Assembly: GCF_006345805.1 (NCBI RefSeq)
Contig: NC_043003.1
Span: 54,002,001 to 54,066,000 of the forward strand
DNA from: Octopus sinensis
Taxonomy: Eukaryota
Length of the DNA stretch: 64,000 nt
Direction of reading: 5' to 3'
The notes under the pieces are model-generated. The model was not told the origin of the DNA and did not search any database. It was given only the letters and a program-made list of their open reading frames with translations. Positions within the stretch are counted from its first letter, which is position 1; every line of letters starts with the position of its first letter. A program made the position numbers and the translations under genes. Shown in pieces: positions 1-11,989 of this stretch.

Positions 1-861
1 TCTTTACAAATCATTTGTCTTACTATCCTTGTTGTATTCTTCTGAACCATGGACGTGTTATGAAAGACATTTCGGATTGTTAGAACGATTCCACTAAAAA
101 TGCCTTCACCGCATTTTAAACATTAAATGGGGCTTTTTTACTCCAAACACAGATGTCTTTGCATCTGCAGGCATCACTTAAGTTAAATGAATGATTCTGA
201 AAAACAAAATGAGATGGTTTGGCCATATTGCTCGAATGGCGGATAAATGCACACCCAAAAAGCTGTTGTATGGTGAGCTTGCAGAAGGGAAACGCAAGCG
301 GTGTAAACCTAAAAAAGAGGTGTAAAGACGGCATAAGTACTACCATGAATGGATTTGAATGGATCCAAAGGCCATAGAAACTTTTGCTTCTGATTGAGCT
401 GGGTGGCAAACAAAAATGTAGAGTAGAGTGAAAGTGTTTGAGGAGGCTTGGATAACACATGCAAGACTCAAGAGAGATTTAAAGAAGATTGATGCGACTA
501 ACGAAAAGGGGCATCTCAGTGACCTTTTCATGTGCCCAGTTTGTGACAGACCATGCTTTTCTTTTACTGGGCTCAAATCTCACGAAAATCGATCCTCCAC
601 CAACTATTCTGCTTATACATATAAGCTGTGCACACCTTTCAATGCCATGTATGTCGTAAGGGAGGCTTCAAAAGACATTTTAAGATCCATAAAGATCTGA
701 ACTTAACTGCAGCTCGGATATGTCCAAATCGGATATGCAATCTATGTGGATGTCTTTTCAATTCATTGTCTGGTTTTAAAAGCCCCATCAGACGCCATGA
801 TGGATCTAAGGTGTAAGTACAAGATGTGGTAAGATTCTGCATGAGGAGCAGACAACCAACA

Positions 862-862
<1 letters not shown>
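1..862 (+). mobile_element. RTE-clade LINE, 3' end of ORF2 (decayed) with three C-terminal C2H2 zinc-finger remnants
   Basis: Frame from nt 2 reads LYKSFVLLSLLYSSEPWTCY...RFH*KCLHRILNIKW...KMRWFGHIARM..KKLLYGELAEGKRKR, the typical RTE post-RT region, with stops and frameshifts. It is followed by CPVCDRPCFSFTGLKSH, CHVCRKGGFKRHFKIH and CNLCGCLFNSLSGFKSPIRRH and ends at a (TA)n tract. Confidence 0.85.
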
Positions 863-914
<52 letters not shown>

Positions 915-916
<2 letters not shown>

Positions 917-1145
917 TTTTGCTCTTTACTCTTTACTCTTTTACTTGTTTCAGTCATTTGACTGTGGTCATGCCACCTTTAGTCGAGCAAATCGACCCCA
1001 GGACTTATTCTTTGTAAGCCTAGTTCTTATACTATCGGTCTCTTTGGCCGAACCGCTACGTTATAGGGACATGAACACACCAGCATCGGTTGTCAAGCGA
1101 TGTTGGGGGGACAAACACAGACACACAAACAGATACACGCACACA

Positions 1146-1197
<52 letters not shown>

Positions 1198-1360
1198 CGA
1201 CGGGATTCTTTCTGTTTCCGTCTACCAAATCCACTCACAAAGCTTTGGTCGGCCCGAGGCCATAGTAGAAGGCACTTGCCCAGGGTGCCACGCAGTGGAC
1301 TGAACCCGGAATCATGTAGTTCGTAAGCAAGCTGCTTACCACACAACCACTCCTACGCCT
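915..1360 (-). mobile_element. tRNA-derived SINE family A (octopus-type, internal (TA)n/(TG)n, GAGTAAA-type tail)
   Basis: Reverse complement begins aggcgtaggagtggttgtgtggtaag...ccgggttcagtcc (A/B-box-like) and matches the copies at 5160, 11248, 19465 and 36561. Confidence 0.85.
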
Positions 1361-1382
1361 ATATATATAATATAAATATAAA

Positions 1383-1440
<58 letters not shown>

Positions 1441-1511
1441 ATATATATTAATAAAAGGAATTCCAACTTTGTCTGATTTTCACGTTTTATTTACAATATT
1501 ATAATGATACA

Positions 1512-1700
1512 CGTGTACACCGACAACAGATTAGAGACCCAGAGGGCCGTCAGATACCTTTGAGTAACCACCTAGTAACATGTGGTCGGAAAATATATAT
1601 AATATTTCCATTCTACAAATTACACAGCCGAAGTGAAATCGAGAGGAAAATCAGAGAAAAGAATTTTATTGATAAATTCGAACCCAAGCTAAATAAGTAA
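1512..1700 (+). pseudogene. PLE GIY-YIG endonuclease C-terminal fragment
   Basis: Stop-free 62 aa RVHRQQIRDPEGRQIPLSNHLVTCGRKIYIIFPFYKLHSRSEIERKIREKNFIDKFEPKLNK*, fitting the PLE R..H...H...C...R..E..FI..F.P.LN pattern. No start codon. Confidence 0.75.
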
Positions 1701-2129
1701 TAATAATAATACTTAGATAGCAGGAAAATTATCTTATTTAGGGTTAAAAGTTCTATTGCCACCACCATCATCATCACTAGCAACAATAATTAAGGTGCTG
1801 ACAATGATGATGATGACAATTGAAATATAAAAATATAAAAATCTCTGACAAAGGCTATTTACAACATTTCTAAAAATAGCCCAACAATTGCTGCCTCGGC
1901 CAGGGTTAAGATACAGGACTCTTGACATGTCCAACAAAGCGTGACGCCTAAACAAATCAGCTCAATCAACCAATCAGCTTAAGTAATTGAGTGATACTAC
2001 ACACTGATTGGTCAGAATACAATTTGCAAAAACTAGCAATCTGGAGCCTTCACAGCTGTATTTAAGGCACAGATTCAATCATCTCGCTAAGGTCAAAAGT
2101 TGTGAAGCATGACTGTCACCACAACTACA

Positions 2130-2174
2130 TGAACCTGAAGATTGCAGAATTTAATGCATGAAAGTACTAGTTCA
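2130..2174 (+). ncRNA. Minimal type-I hammerhead ribozyme, intact core
   Basis: UGAAC-CUGAAGA-U-UGCA(GAAUUUAA)UGCA-U-GAAA-GUAC-UA/GUUCA: 5-bp stem I, palindromic stem III AGUACU, predicted cleavage after A2169. Confidence 0.8.
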
Positions 2175-4029
2175 ATCAGAATGAACATTTAACATTCTAT
2201 TATTTTATTTTATTTTATTATATTATATTACCTTATATCATAAGATTGTAAATAAAACGTGAAAATCAGACAAGGTTGGAATTCCTTTTATTAATATATT
2301 CTTCTATACACAATCACACACACCCGTATATATATCTATATCTATCTATATATATATATATATATATAATATATATGACAAAATAAAAACATGCACATTA
2401 GAAATTTGAGGAGATGGTCAGAGATGGAACTCGTCTGATCTTTAAAATAGCTTCATCAAGACTGAGATTATTTCTCCTTATTTCTTTTTGTCATGAGGAA
2501 GCTGATATACTGATGAATGTGGTAGAACAATATGAAACTGGTGAAGTCGAATGCGGTCGATGTTTATAACGAACAACTGCAGAAAGAAGAAACACACACA
2601 CACACTCACACACACCTTCAAATATATATATATATTATATGCACGCACGCGTATATTTGGTGAAACAGTGTCTGTTAGTTCTGCCGGTTTGTGCACTGAA
2701 ACTCCGTGCCTATCTGCCAACAATATCTTTCGCTTTAACTACACAATCACACACAGGTATACTCACTGTTTCTTCCTCACTATATTTACTTGCTGTATGA
2801 CTCTCCTTTGTGTCTTTATTTGTTTGTCAATTCTTTATTTTAGTGTGTGACTTCATCTAAGCCCCAAGCTGTTTGTTTTTATATTCAGTTTTATTTGATG
2901 CTAATAATTTCGGTGTTTCTAGCGCATTTCTTCCCATCTGTCTGTCGATTTGGTTTTATTTGTCTATCTATGACCACTCGTTTGCTTTTTTCCATCCCTC
3001 GCAATTTCCCACTTAAACTTCTCTTCTGGACATCTACATCTGGTAGTATCTTTAATGAGACATTTATTACATACAGAATGTAAAAGACCTGTTTATATAT
3101 TGTACTACCATGTAACACCTGTTAATTTAATGTTCATTTCTTATTTCACTATTTTATTAGATTTTACGGCATTATTAAATTTGGCTTCAGCTGCATACAT
3201 AATTTTGCAACAGAAATAACATAGATAATAGTGAAAATTCTAATCGACGTTGTATTTCCAATAGTTCTCGCGCCTAAATCACGTAATTGCGTGAATTGTT
3301 TATCAAATAATTTTTGCCGTTCCAAATCAAGTTTATCGTATAAAAGTATTTACAGCTCATAATTCAGTGTTCAAAGATTACTTTTAGGTTAACTGGAAAT
3401 AAATTTAAAGCAAGATTTAATCAGCATCTATAATCTTTCAAAAACTCGAAAATACTTTAAACAAAAATGTATGAAAAGCCAAATTATCTTTCAAAATTAA
3501 CTACGTTCATATTTACAAGATTGTTTTGAATATATGTTGTGTGTATCGTGTGGAATCTTAACAAAAACTAGAATTTTTGTCATGGCATTTGCCTCTATAG
3601 GAAACTGAATATACTGTTTGTAAAGGTTCTTTCATGAGGCGATCGGATTTATGTCTTTTTACCCACAAAAATCCAAAGTATTTGTTAAAATTGATTCACC
3701 TAGTAAGATAATCATCTAAAAATATTTCTTTAAATAACTTGAATAATTGTTTTTAAAAATTGCCCCGTTGTATATCAAAAAGACAATCTTGCGAAAGAAT
3801 GATTCTCTGAAATACAAATATTTCGAGTACATAAAATAATTTTGCTTATTTTTGTAGTTCATATACAAACAAAATTCCCTGTTGTTTTAAAAACAATGCA
3901 TATATGTATATTTATATACATATTTTTATGTGTGTGTGTATTTTTATCTGCATATGTATGTATCTAAGGATTTGTATATATATATATATTCACCTTGAAG
4001 GAGTGATGAAGCCGCAAGTAAACTCATCT

Positions 4030-4590
4030 AGAGACAAAGAGAAGTTGCAGAGCTGTATAAACAGATAAGCATAAAAACAAAACAAAAACGAGAGAACATA
4101 GAAATACTGTACGCGAACATTCTAGAGAGAACAATTACACAAGGGAAATGATTTAAATAAACTAAAATGGGAAATGTTAACAAAAGGAAAGCCATAATGT
4201 TACCATTAAAGAAGATGGCACCATCAGGGAATGCAGAAATAGGATTATTAAAAGAACAATGGAGTTCTACAAAAGATATGCTTAAGTGAAAGAAACAAGA
4301 GACCCTACAGAAGACATATCATTGAAGCTACAGCAGAATTATATTCTAGAACTTATACGAGTTGAGAAACATAGCCAAACAAATGTATGCAGAATGTATT
4401 CCAGAATACAGTATAATACTCGCTATCTTAAAATATTCAAAAGAAGCTGTATTAAAGTAAATTCCAAACTCTTTACTGATTGCTTCAAGAAAAGTGGAAT
4501 TCTCAAACGTTAGAAAGTTCCAGTAATCATTATATTGTACAAAAAGCGAGGAGAGAAAAGAACTAACAAACTAGTTTAGTTTATAAATGC
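4030..4590 (+). pseudogene. Decayed RTE-like LINE ORF2 fragment (linker to RT N-terminus)
   Basis: EDGTIRECRNRIIKRTMEFYK...SKLFTDCFKKSGILKR*KVPVIIILYKKRGEK resembles the RTE LF..C...G.IP..W....II.L.KKG region. Multiple stops. Confidence 0.5.
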
Positions 4591-5159
4591 CATAGGCATA
4601 GTTTTAACAAGGATCATGACGATCAAAATTCTCCAAAAAGTGGACAAAAACAGTCATATGAACAAACGAATTTCGAAGCAGGTTTTTCTATCATCGATCA
4701 CCTAAATGCGAGCAAATGGAACCCTTCCCAGCAAATTGAAACAACCGCTGATCGAAAAACCCCATTAAATTGAGAATCAACTTATCGAAAAATCTCCAGA
4801 ATAACACAATCCACCCTGCATAACTTTTAATGATCACCAACAAATCTTATTCTCTAGAAATTTCAACCGTGAATCGGGTGGCGCGTTATGTTCTTGAGCA
4901 AAACACTTCGTCTCACGTTGCTCTGTGATAACTTCGACGCTTTGTGTTGGTTGTTCAGCAAGAAATTGCAGAACAGTCTTTCCCCGACCACGAAATATTA
5001 TATTTCTTTGGACAAACTATTTTAATCAAACTAATGCCAAAAAGATCCATTTTCACTTTTCCTATAAATTATTGCCGTTATCTCTAACAAAAGAATAATA
5101 TATTTCGTTATTTCTTATTACCAGTTTAGATTATAGTTTGTATAAATTGATACTCTATA

Positions 5160-5555
5160 AGCGCGGGAGTGGCTGTGTGGTAATTAGCTTGCTTACCAAT
5201 CACATGGTTCCGGGTTCATTCCCACTGCGTGGCATCTTGAGCAAGTGTCTTCTACAATAGCCTCGGGCCGACCAAAGCCTTGTGAACGGATTTGGTAGAC
5301 GGAAACTGAAAGAAGCCCGTCGTATATATATATATATGTGTGTGTGTGTATGTTTGTGTGTCAGTGTTTGTCCCCCCAACATCGCTTGACAACCGATGCT
5401 GGTGTGTTTACGTCCCCGTAACTTAGCAGTTTGGCAAAAGAGAATGATAGAATAAGTACTAGGCTTACAAAGAATAAGTTCTGGGGTCGATTCGCTCGAC
5501 TAAAGGCGGTCTCCAGCATGGCCGCAGTCAAATGACTGAAACAAGTAAAAGAGTA
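5160..5555 (+). mobile_element. SINE family A, full length
   Basis: gggagtggctgtgtggtaa...ggttccgggttcattccc head, internal (TA)n(TG)n, tail gactgaaacaagtaaaagagta. Confidence 0.9.
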
Positions 5556-5569
5556 TACAAGCATATAGA

Positions 5570-6760
5570 TTTAAAGATTTAATCTTTAAATCATTCTGGA
5601 TGTTTTTTGCAATGATTAAGCCATCACATATGTTATGTATGATGACGTTAGATTTTGTAATAACCTTACTTTCAGAACAAGACATGTAGACTGCCGTAGT
5701 GTGGGCGCCATTTTCTTATTCATGACTACTCCGCTCTTTGAGAAGTAGAAATTGCCTTGTAGGTACAGGAAAGAAACCTTGGTTGTACAAGTCAACAGAA
5801 GTGTAAGGATGTTTCTCAATATTGAGTAATATACTTGTAGAAAATGGAGATAATTTGTCTCATATTATATCAATAGCTTTTATTATAGGAACATTGATAA
5901 AAAGGATTTAGACCTTAATTGAAATTATTCCAATTCTTTTCAGTTTCTTATAAAACTTTCTATGAATTCATCCTATGAGAAGATCCTGTAGCTCTCTTGT
6001 GTATCTTGCTTAACGATTCTGCCTTGTTGATTAGAAAGTCTGTGATTTGATGTGTTGACCTGTGCGATTAAAGGTCGGACGGTGTTGTACTGTTTGTTAG
6101 TCTTTAAAGTGCCGTAGATATAGTGGGTATAAGATCTGATATATAGTAAAACAGGAAACATGTCCTATTTATGCATTTGCAACTGTAATTGTTCAGTGTC
6201 GTCTTTCCTAATGTTGACAAATTTACGAACATATTATATACTGTTGAGCTTTATAATTATTCATCTTTATTTAAAATAACGAACATATTGCTCTTATTGG
6301 TGTTAGAATTTCGTTGCTTTTCAGATTATGAAGAGCTAGTTTAAATTAGCATTTATTTGTTGCTGTGCTTGTCTCTTTGTTTATTGCTTTTACACTTGAA
6401 TAAATGTCGTAGTTTGTCATCAATTTTTATTATATTTAATAATAACAATTTAAAGTTTAGTTTTTAGTTGTGTAGTGTTGTCTTTCGTAATTTTGACGAA
6501 TTAGCTGTTGCCATACAGTAAATTTCTGATATTTGTAATGTATTTGTCTATGTTCATAACAACAAATACATTGTTCTTATCGCTTTGGCATATTACACTT
6601 TTATATTTGTTTTTCAGATGATGTAGAGCTAGTTCAAGATTTTTGTTAAGCACGTTTAAGCATTATATCTTAGTTTATTGTCTTTACACTTGAATAAGTG
6701 TTGCAGTTTGTCGCCAATTTTTATTACATTTTGAAAGTCGAACTCAAATTACATTATAAG
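5570..6760 (-). pseudogene. Decayed PLE reverse transcriptase (N-terminus to catalytic region)
   Basis: Minus-strand peptides in canonical PLE order: SDKNNVFVVMNIDKYITNIRNLL..FVKITKDNTTQLK (DKG motif), YIYGTLKTNKQYNTVRPLIAQV, DEFI, LLLTCTTKVSFLYLQGNFYFSKSGVVMNKKMAP (GxAMGSxxAP-like), and a degenerate YVDD equivalent (ICDG). Confidence 0.8.
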
Positions 6761-7384
6761 TCTCCAGAGACTGATAAAGGAATTCAAGATAAACTTTTTT
6801 CTCTTTCTGTTTTGCTCGTGTTTGCAACAAGGAACCATTATAGCATATTAGAACACAGGAGAGGAAACAAAACTAGACAGAAAAAAATATTAGTTGATAA
6901 CAATAACACATTATATAGAATTCCACAAAAAAATCTAGATTAACTATGACAGTTTTATTAATAGCTACCTACATAAATATAAACATACATACATACGTAC
7001 GTATATACACACATAAATACATACATAGACACACACGCGGACATATTTGTATATGGGCAAAGAAATGCTTCACGTAAATTAAATGAGGCAAGGGAACAAG
7101 AGTTAATGTTAAACAATTGCAAAGTTGGAGATGGTGATATTATCCTTTACAACATCTGTTTCGTGATCCCTTGCTGCCAACTAGAAAACATCGTCACAGT
7201 TAGCTACTGTTCAGAAGATGAGGTAAAAAAAACCTTGGAAAGCTAATAGACTATGAAATACTATCGTTTAAAATTAAACATAATGGACTAATAAGGTGAC
7301 ATGAAAATCTTTAATCAAAAGCATTAAATGCTAACATGGTTCGCCTTCAATATAATATGCTTGAAAGTAAAGTAATTTCCTCCA

Positions 7385-7399
7385 CGTGCATACATACAT

Positions 7400-7479
<80 letters not shown>

Positions 7480-7490
7480 GTATATATAAT
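7385..7490. repeat. Compound microsatellite (TACA)n(CA)n(TA)n
   Basis: Directly visible tandem units. Confidence 0.95.
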
Positions 7491-7627
7491 TGAAAAAATT
7501 GTAGTCAACAAGAAGAATTACGGTTGGATAAATATTTTCAATCACTACAATTGTTTCTACGCAACGTAGTTCTCCAGGCGTACAGGTATTTGATCATGCA
7601 ACTGTTTCCTTGCATATATATATATAG

Positions 7628-7673
<46 letters not shown>

Positions 7674-8641
7674 GAATATGTATTTCAACATGGTGATTGC
7701 TTCATCTCCACAGATGATTGCCGCCTCATTGTGCTTTTTCGTTGTCAATGGCATCTATAATGTTTTGTCAGTGACATTTCAGATGATTATTCAGCCCACT
7801 TGTAGATCTACATGGTGTGTATCATAGGTGAAAGATGAAAGTTGTAATTTACTGTGCACTGCCAACTAGCTAGGTCTACATACATCGCCACTCTTTTATC
7901 ACCATAAGACTTTCAGTAGATGGAATGACAAATGAGGCTACCGTAAAGAGACAACTCTAATGTCACTGGGTTAAAGTGATAAACATGTGCACCACATGTG
8001 TATCACTCTCTGAGTTTCGGGATTAGTACTGAGTAATAGGCCAAAATGAGGTATCCAGTAATCCTGTGAAACTGTAGATTTTACAGCAAAGTGCCCCATT
8101 TCTAGAAAGATGTTGCGACAACAGCTAGGCGTCTTACACTTCCAGTGGTAATAATGCATACCCTGACACCAATCAAGAATATTTCTGTGTTCTCGCGCTC
8201 AGATGGCTTGTCATCACATATGCTAATTAACACATAGCTAGAAGACTTACATGTGCTCGGCTCAGAGTAGACCTGGAGAGAATACCAGTTCAGAGCTAGT
8301 TCTGTATTCGTCAAAACCCGGAAACCCCCGAACCATAGACCCACTATCTGATGTAGTTTAATATCACACCCAGGACAAATATTTCAACTTACATACATAC
8401 ATACATAAATACATACATACATACATACATACATACATACATACATACATACATGCATACATACGTACATCTATCTATCTATTCTGTGATACACGATCCC
8501 TATTGATCGTCCCCACCTTTTTTTTCATGATCCCTTTTGATCGGAATTCGACCCTTTTTTTCCTTCTCTTCTTCCCAAAAAGAAAAGCTATACTTTGTAT
8601 TTTGTCCCTTCTGTGTTCAGCCGTGCGTGGCCAATAAAGAA

Positions 8642-8750
<109 letters not shown>

Positions 8751-9840
8751 TACTAATACTTATAAATATTTGTTTGTGTGTGCATGTGTGTGTGTACGTG
8801 TGTCTGAGTGCATACATTCATAAAGGTGAGACAGTGTGTCAATAATTATCTAAAATACACATACTTTTCTTGTAATAGTAAGAACATCAGCTGTTTGCAC
8901 ATCACTAGAAGTATTCTTCCCCTTGTTAGGCTTTCCTGGTTTGAACAAGAAATATTAAGTTATCCTCGTTATCACTTCTATGGTAGCAGCTCTTGTTTTC
9001 ACATACTCCCCCCCAAAAAAAAATGAGCAGAATTCAGTGATTTCCTTTCATAATTTAAGAAAAGAAAAAATATTCTTAAATGAATAAAGTTCTTAGATTT
9101 ACTAATCCATAATTTACTAACAGTCTTTTGCTTTAGAATATATTCGCGAGCATTTTGTTTTCTGTTTATATTTTCTTAAGACAATACTTTCAGCTGAAAG
9201 ATGTGACATCTAAACACCTTATTCTCCTACTTAGCTGCAAATCTTCAATAGATTTGGCCTCCGATATACGGAATTCCAGAACGCTGTTTTTTCCTAGCGT
9301 AGTCTGAAAAGCAGGGAGGTCAGGATTAGCATGATAACAATACCCATATAAATTCTTATTGAATTACTTATTGTTTTCGTCTGTTTATGTCATGAAGATT
9401 TGACAATTTAATAATATAATAGGATTAACACGTCTTTCTAATGGTAAAATTGTTGCTATCATTTTTACTATATTACCACATAATACACTTATATTCATTA
9501 TCATTTTAATTAAAAAAAACATACAATTTTTTAATAATATTTAATTATTGATATCTTCAAAAAACATTTAGATTTTCGCGAAATCTAAAGTGTTTGGTAT
9601 ACTTTTCTCTGTTGACAACTAAGTGGAATATTTTTTTATAAACCATGAATTAAAAAAAATTAATGAGTAATTATTTTAAGTTAGGATCACTAATTGTTTT
9701 CCTCTTAATTGTTTAAGATAAAGTCCTTTATTGATTTAATATTCTTATGGACGTATAAACATTATTAATTTATGAAATATAATTTGTTAAATATGATCTT
9801 TAACATAATTTTCCTTGACGTTATTTAATAATAAGAAAAA

Positions 9841-10180
9841 TGGTTTCAACTTTTGGCACTATGCCAACAAACTTAGTGGGAAGAGGTCAGTTGATTACAT
9901 CGACCTTAGAACTTGGGTGATATTTATGATACAGGCCCCGAAAGGGTGAAAAGCAAAGTTGACCTCGGCTGGATTTGAACTGCGAACGCAAGAGCCGAAA
10001 AAAATGCCAGAAAACGTCTTTTCCGTCGTCTGAATCACCACCATTTTGAAAACAGTTTCTGATTTAGGTACAATACCAGCAATTTTTAAGGAGAAGCGTT
10101 AATAAATCATATCGACACCCAGTACTAGACTGATGCTGCATTTCAAGGACCCGGGAGAGGCGAAAGGCAAAAGTAGTTAG
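9841..10180 (-). mobile_element. Two adjacent decayed SINE family C copies
   Basis: Contain gattacatcgacc...ccccgaaagggtgaaaagcaaagttgacctcggc...tttgaact, shared with the copies at 28330 and 35720. Confidence 0.7.
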
Positions 10181-11247
10181 CAATAACTTCATCTGAATAC
10201 TTGTACCCCAGTATTTGAAATAGCGAAATACAAAGGTGGCCATTAAGGTCATTAGAAGGGACATTGACTTGTGGCTGGTTATGGTCTGTGTTGTGCAGTA
10301 AGGGTAATTAGTGGAGGGGTATCGAAAGGTGACGTGTGGTGATGGGTGGTCAAGATCATTCCGGACCTTCGCCAGGTTGAGGATACTGAAAGAAAAGGCA
10401 TCAAAATCGATGCTGATAAGCAATAAAACTAGTTGTACGTGTAGTAGTAAAAGCAACTACAGGACTGTTTGTAAAGGAAAACTGGAAAAGTCGGAAAAGG
10501 AGGTGGGGAGAGGAAAAGACCAGAAAGCAACCGAAGTAGCAGGGAAGTAGAATGCTTCAGTTTGCAGAACATCGTCAATTACAGCTGCAGAAGTGCCTGC
10601 AGAGGTCACCTCCCGTCCTGGAAACAAGTGTTCCATCCTGAAAACAAGTGAGCAGTCACCCTATCCCCGAAGTAAAATAATCCACAGCACTACTCCATCG
10701 ATTTGTGATGAGTGGGCGAGGGTGTTTGCATTGGAAAGTTAAAAACTCTCGTGGCAGGTTGGTGAAACGCAAAAAGGAAGAAAGAGAAAGGAGACTCCGT
10801 ATATAGCAGTGAACACCAACGAAAACAATGAAAATACTCGAGGAAGAGCACCCTACTTGAAACAACAGGGATTGCTTTTCTCAGAAGTACAATGATGTTC
10901 CTCTTGAGAAGAATAACGGAGGCAATGTTGAGACGGATGACAAATTGAAATTCACCGTCATTCGAATACTGGATCAAAATATGCGAGACCGAAAGGCATT
11001 CATGGTGCAAGAAGTATTGCGTGGATTTAGAGATTAGAGAGAAGTAGTTCGGGCAGGAATACAGAAGACACACGAAAGACATAATATTGGTAAAAACAAC
11101 AGTAAAGTTTTTGAAACGTTAATGGACATTAATGGAACATTATGTATGCGATAAACTAAAATAATAATGGTGTAATTTGTTTCACAAATTTTAAATTTGT
11201 CTCAAATTTAATTATATAACGTCTTTCAATCATTCTTCACCTTATAT

Positions 11248-11668
11248 AGGTGCAGGAGTGGCTGTGTGGTAACTAGCTTGCTTACCAACCACATGGTTCC
11301 GGGTTCAGTCCGACTGCGTGGCACCTTGGGCAAGTGTCTTCTACTATAACCTCGGGCCGACCAAAGCCTTGTGAGTGGATTTGGTAGACGGAAACTGAAA
11401 GAAGTCCCTCGTATATATGTATATATGTATGTGTGTGTGTATATGTTTGTGTGTCTGTGTTTGTCCCCCCCCCCCACAACATCGCCTGACAACCGATGCT
11501 GGCTTGTGTACGTTCCCGTAACTTAGCGGTTCGGCAAAAGAGACCGGTAGAATAAGTACTAGGCTTACAAAGAATAAGTCCTGGGGTCGATTTGCTCGAC
11601 TAAAGGCGGTGCTTCAGCATGGCCACAGTCAACTGACTGAAACAAGTAAAAGGGTAAAAAAAGAGAGT
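11248..11668 (+). mobile_element. SINE family A, full length
   Basis: High identity to the 5160-5555 copy across head, internal microsatellite and tail. Confidence 0.9.
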
Positions 11669-11701
<33 letters not shown>

Positions 11702-11794
11702 TGTTTATCCCAGCACCACATATTTCTAAGCTCCCTATTCAACACACGTCGTATTTCATGGTGTGACTTCGAGTCTTTCATTCAGTTATTTTAC

Positions 11795-11935
11795 ATTCTG
11801 AGTTTAAATCACGTCGAGGTCAACTTTGCCTTTTATCACAACGGGCCGATAAAATAAAGTACCATTCATGTACTGGGGTTAAAGATGTCGACTAATATCC
11901 TCCCTTAAAATTTGTTCATTTTGTGCCCCGATCAG
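11795..11935 (+). mobile_element. SINE family C fragment
   Basis: gagtttaaatcacgtcgaggtcaactttgccttt...gataaaataaagtacca...tactggggt. Confidence 0.7.
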
Positions 11936-11989
11936 AAACTATTATTATTGATATTGTTGTCGTTGTTGTTTTTGCCGTTGTCGTTATTG

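Larger units (their letters stand above)
1445..2298 (+). mobile_element. 5'-truncated Penelope-like element (PLE): GIY-YIG C-terminus plus pseudo-LTR, bracketed by ~60-bp inverted repeat
   Basis: 1445-1508 is the near-exact reverse complement of 2237-2298. The interior has a GIY-YIG-type C-terminus, CCAAT-like boxes (aaccaatcag, ctgattggtc) and a hammerhead motif. Confidence 0.8.

Noticed and set aside
2506-2546. CUGAUGA...GAAACUGGUG hammerhead-like string
   Set aside because: G at the cleavage position and no stem I. Similarly weak strings at about 25075-25115, 42460-42515 and 61040-61095 were not counted.
7760-8360. Possible LTR-retrotransposon RNase H/integrase remnant on the minus strand
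   Set aside because: Only vague resemblance, with no catalytic or zinc-binding motif recoverable.
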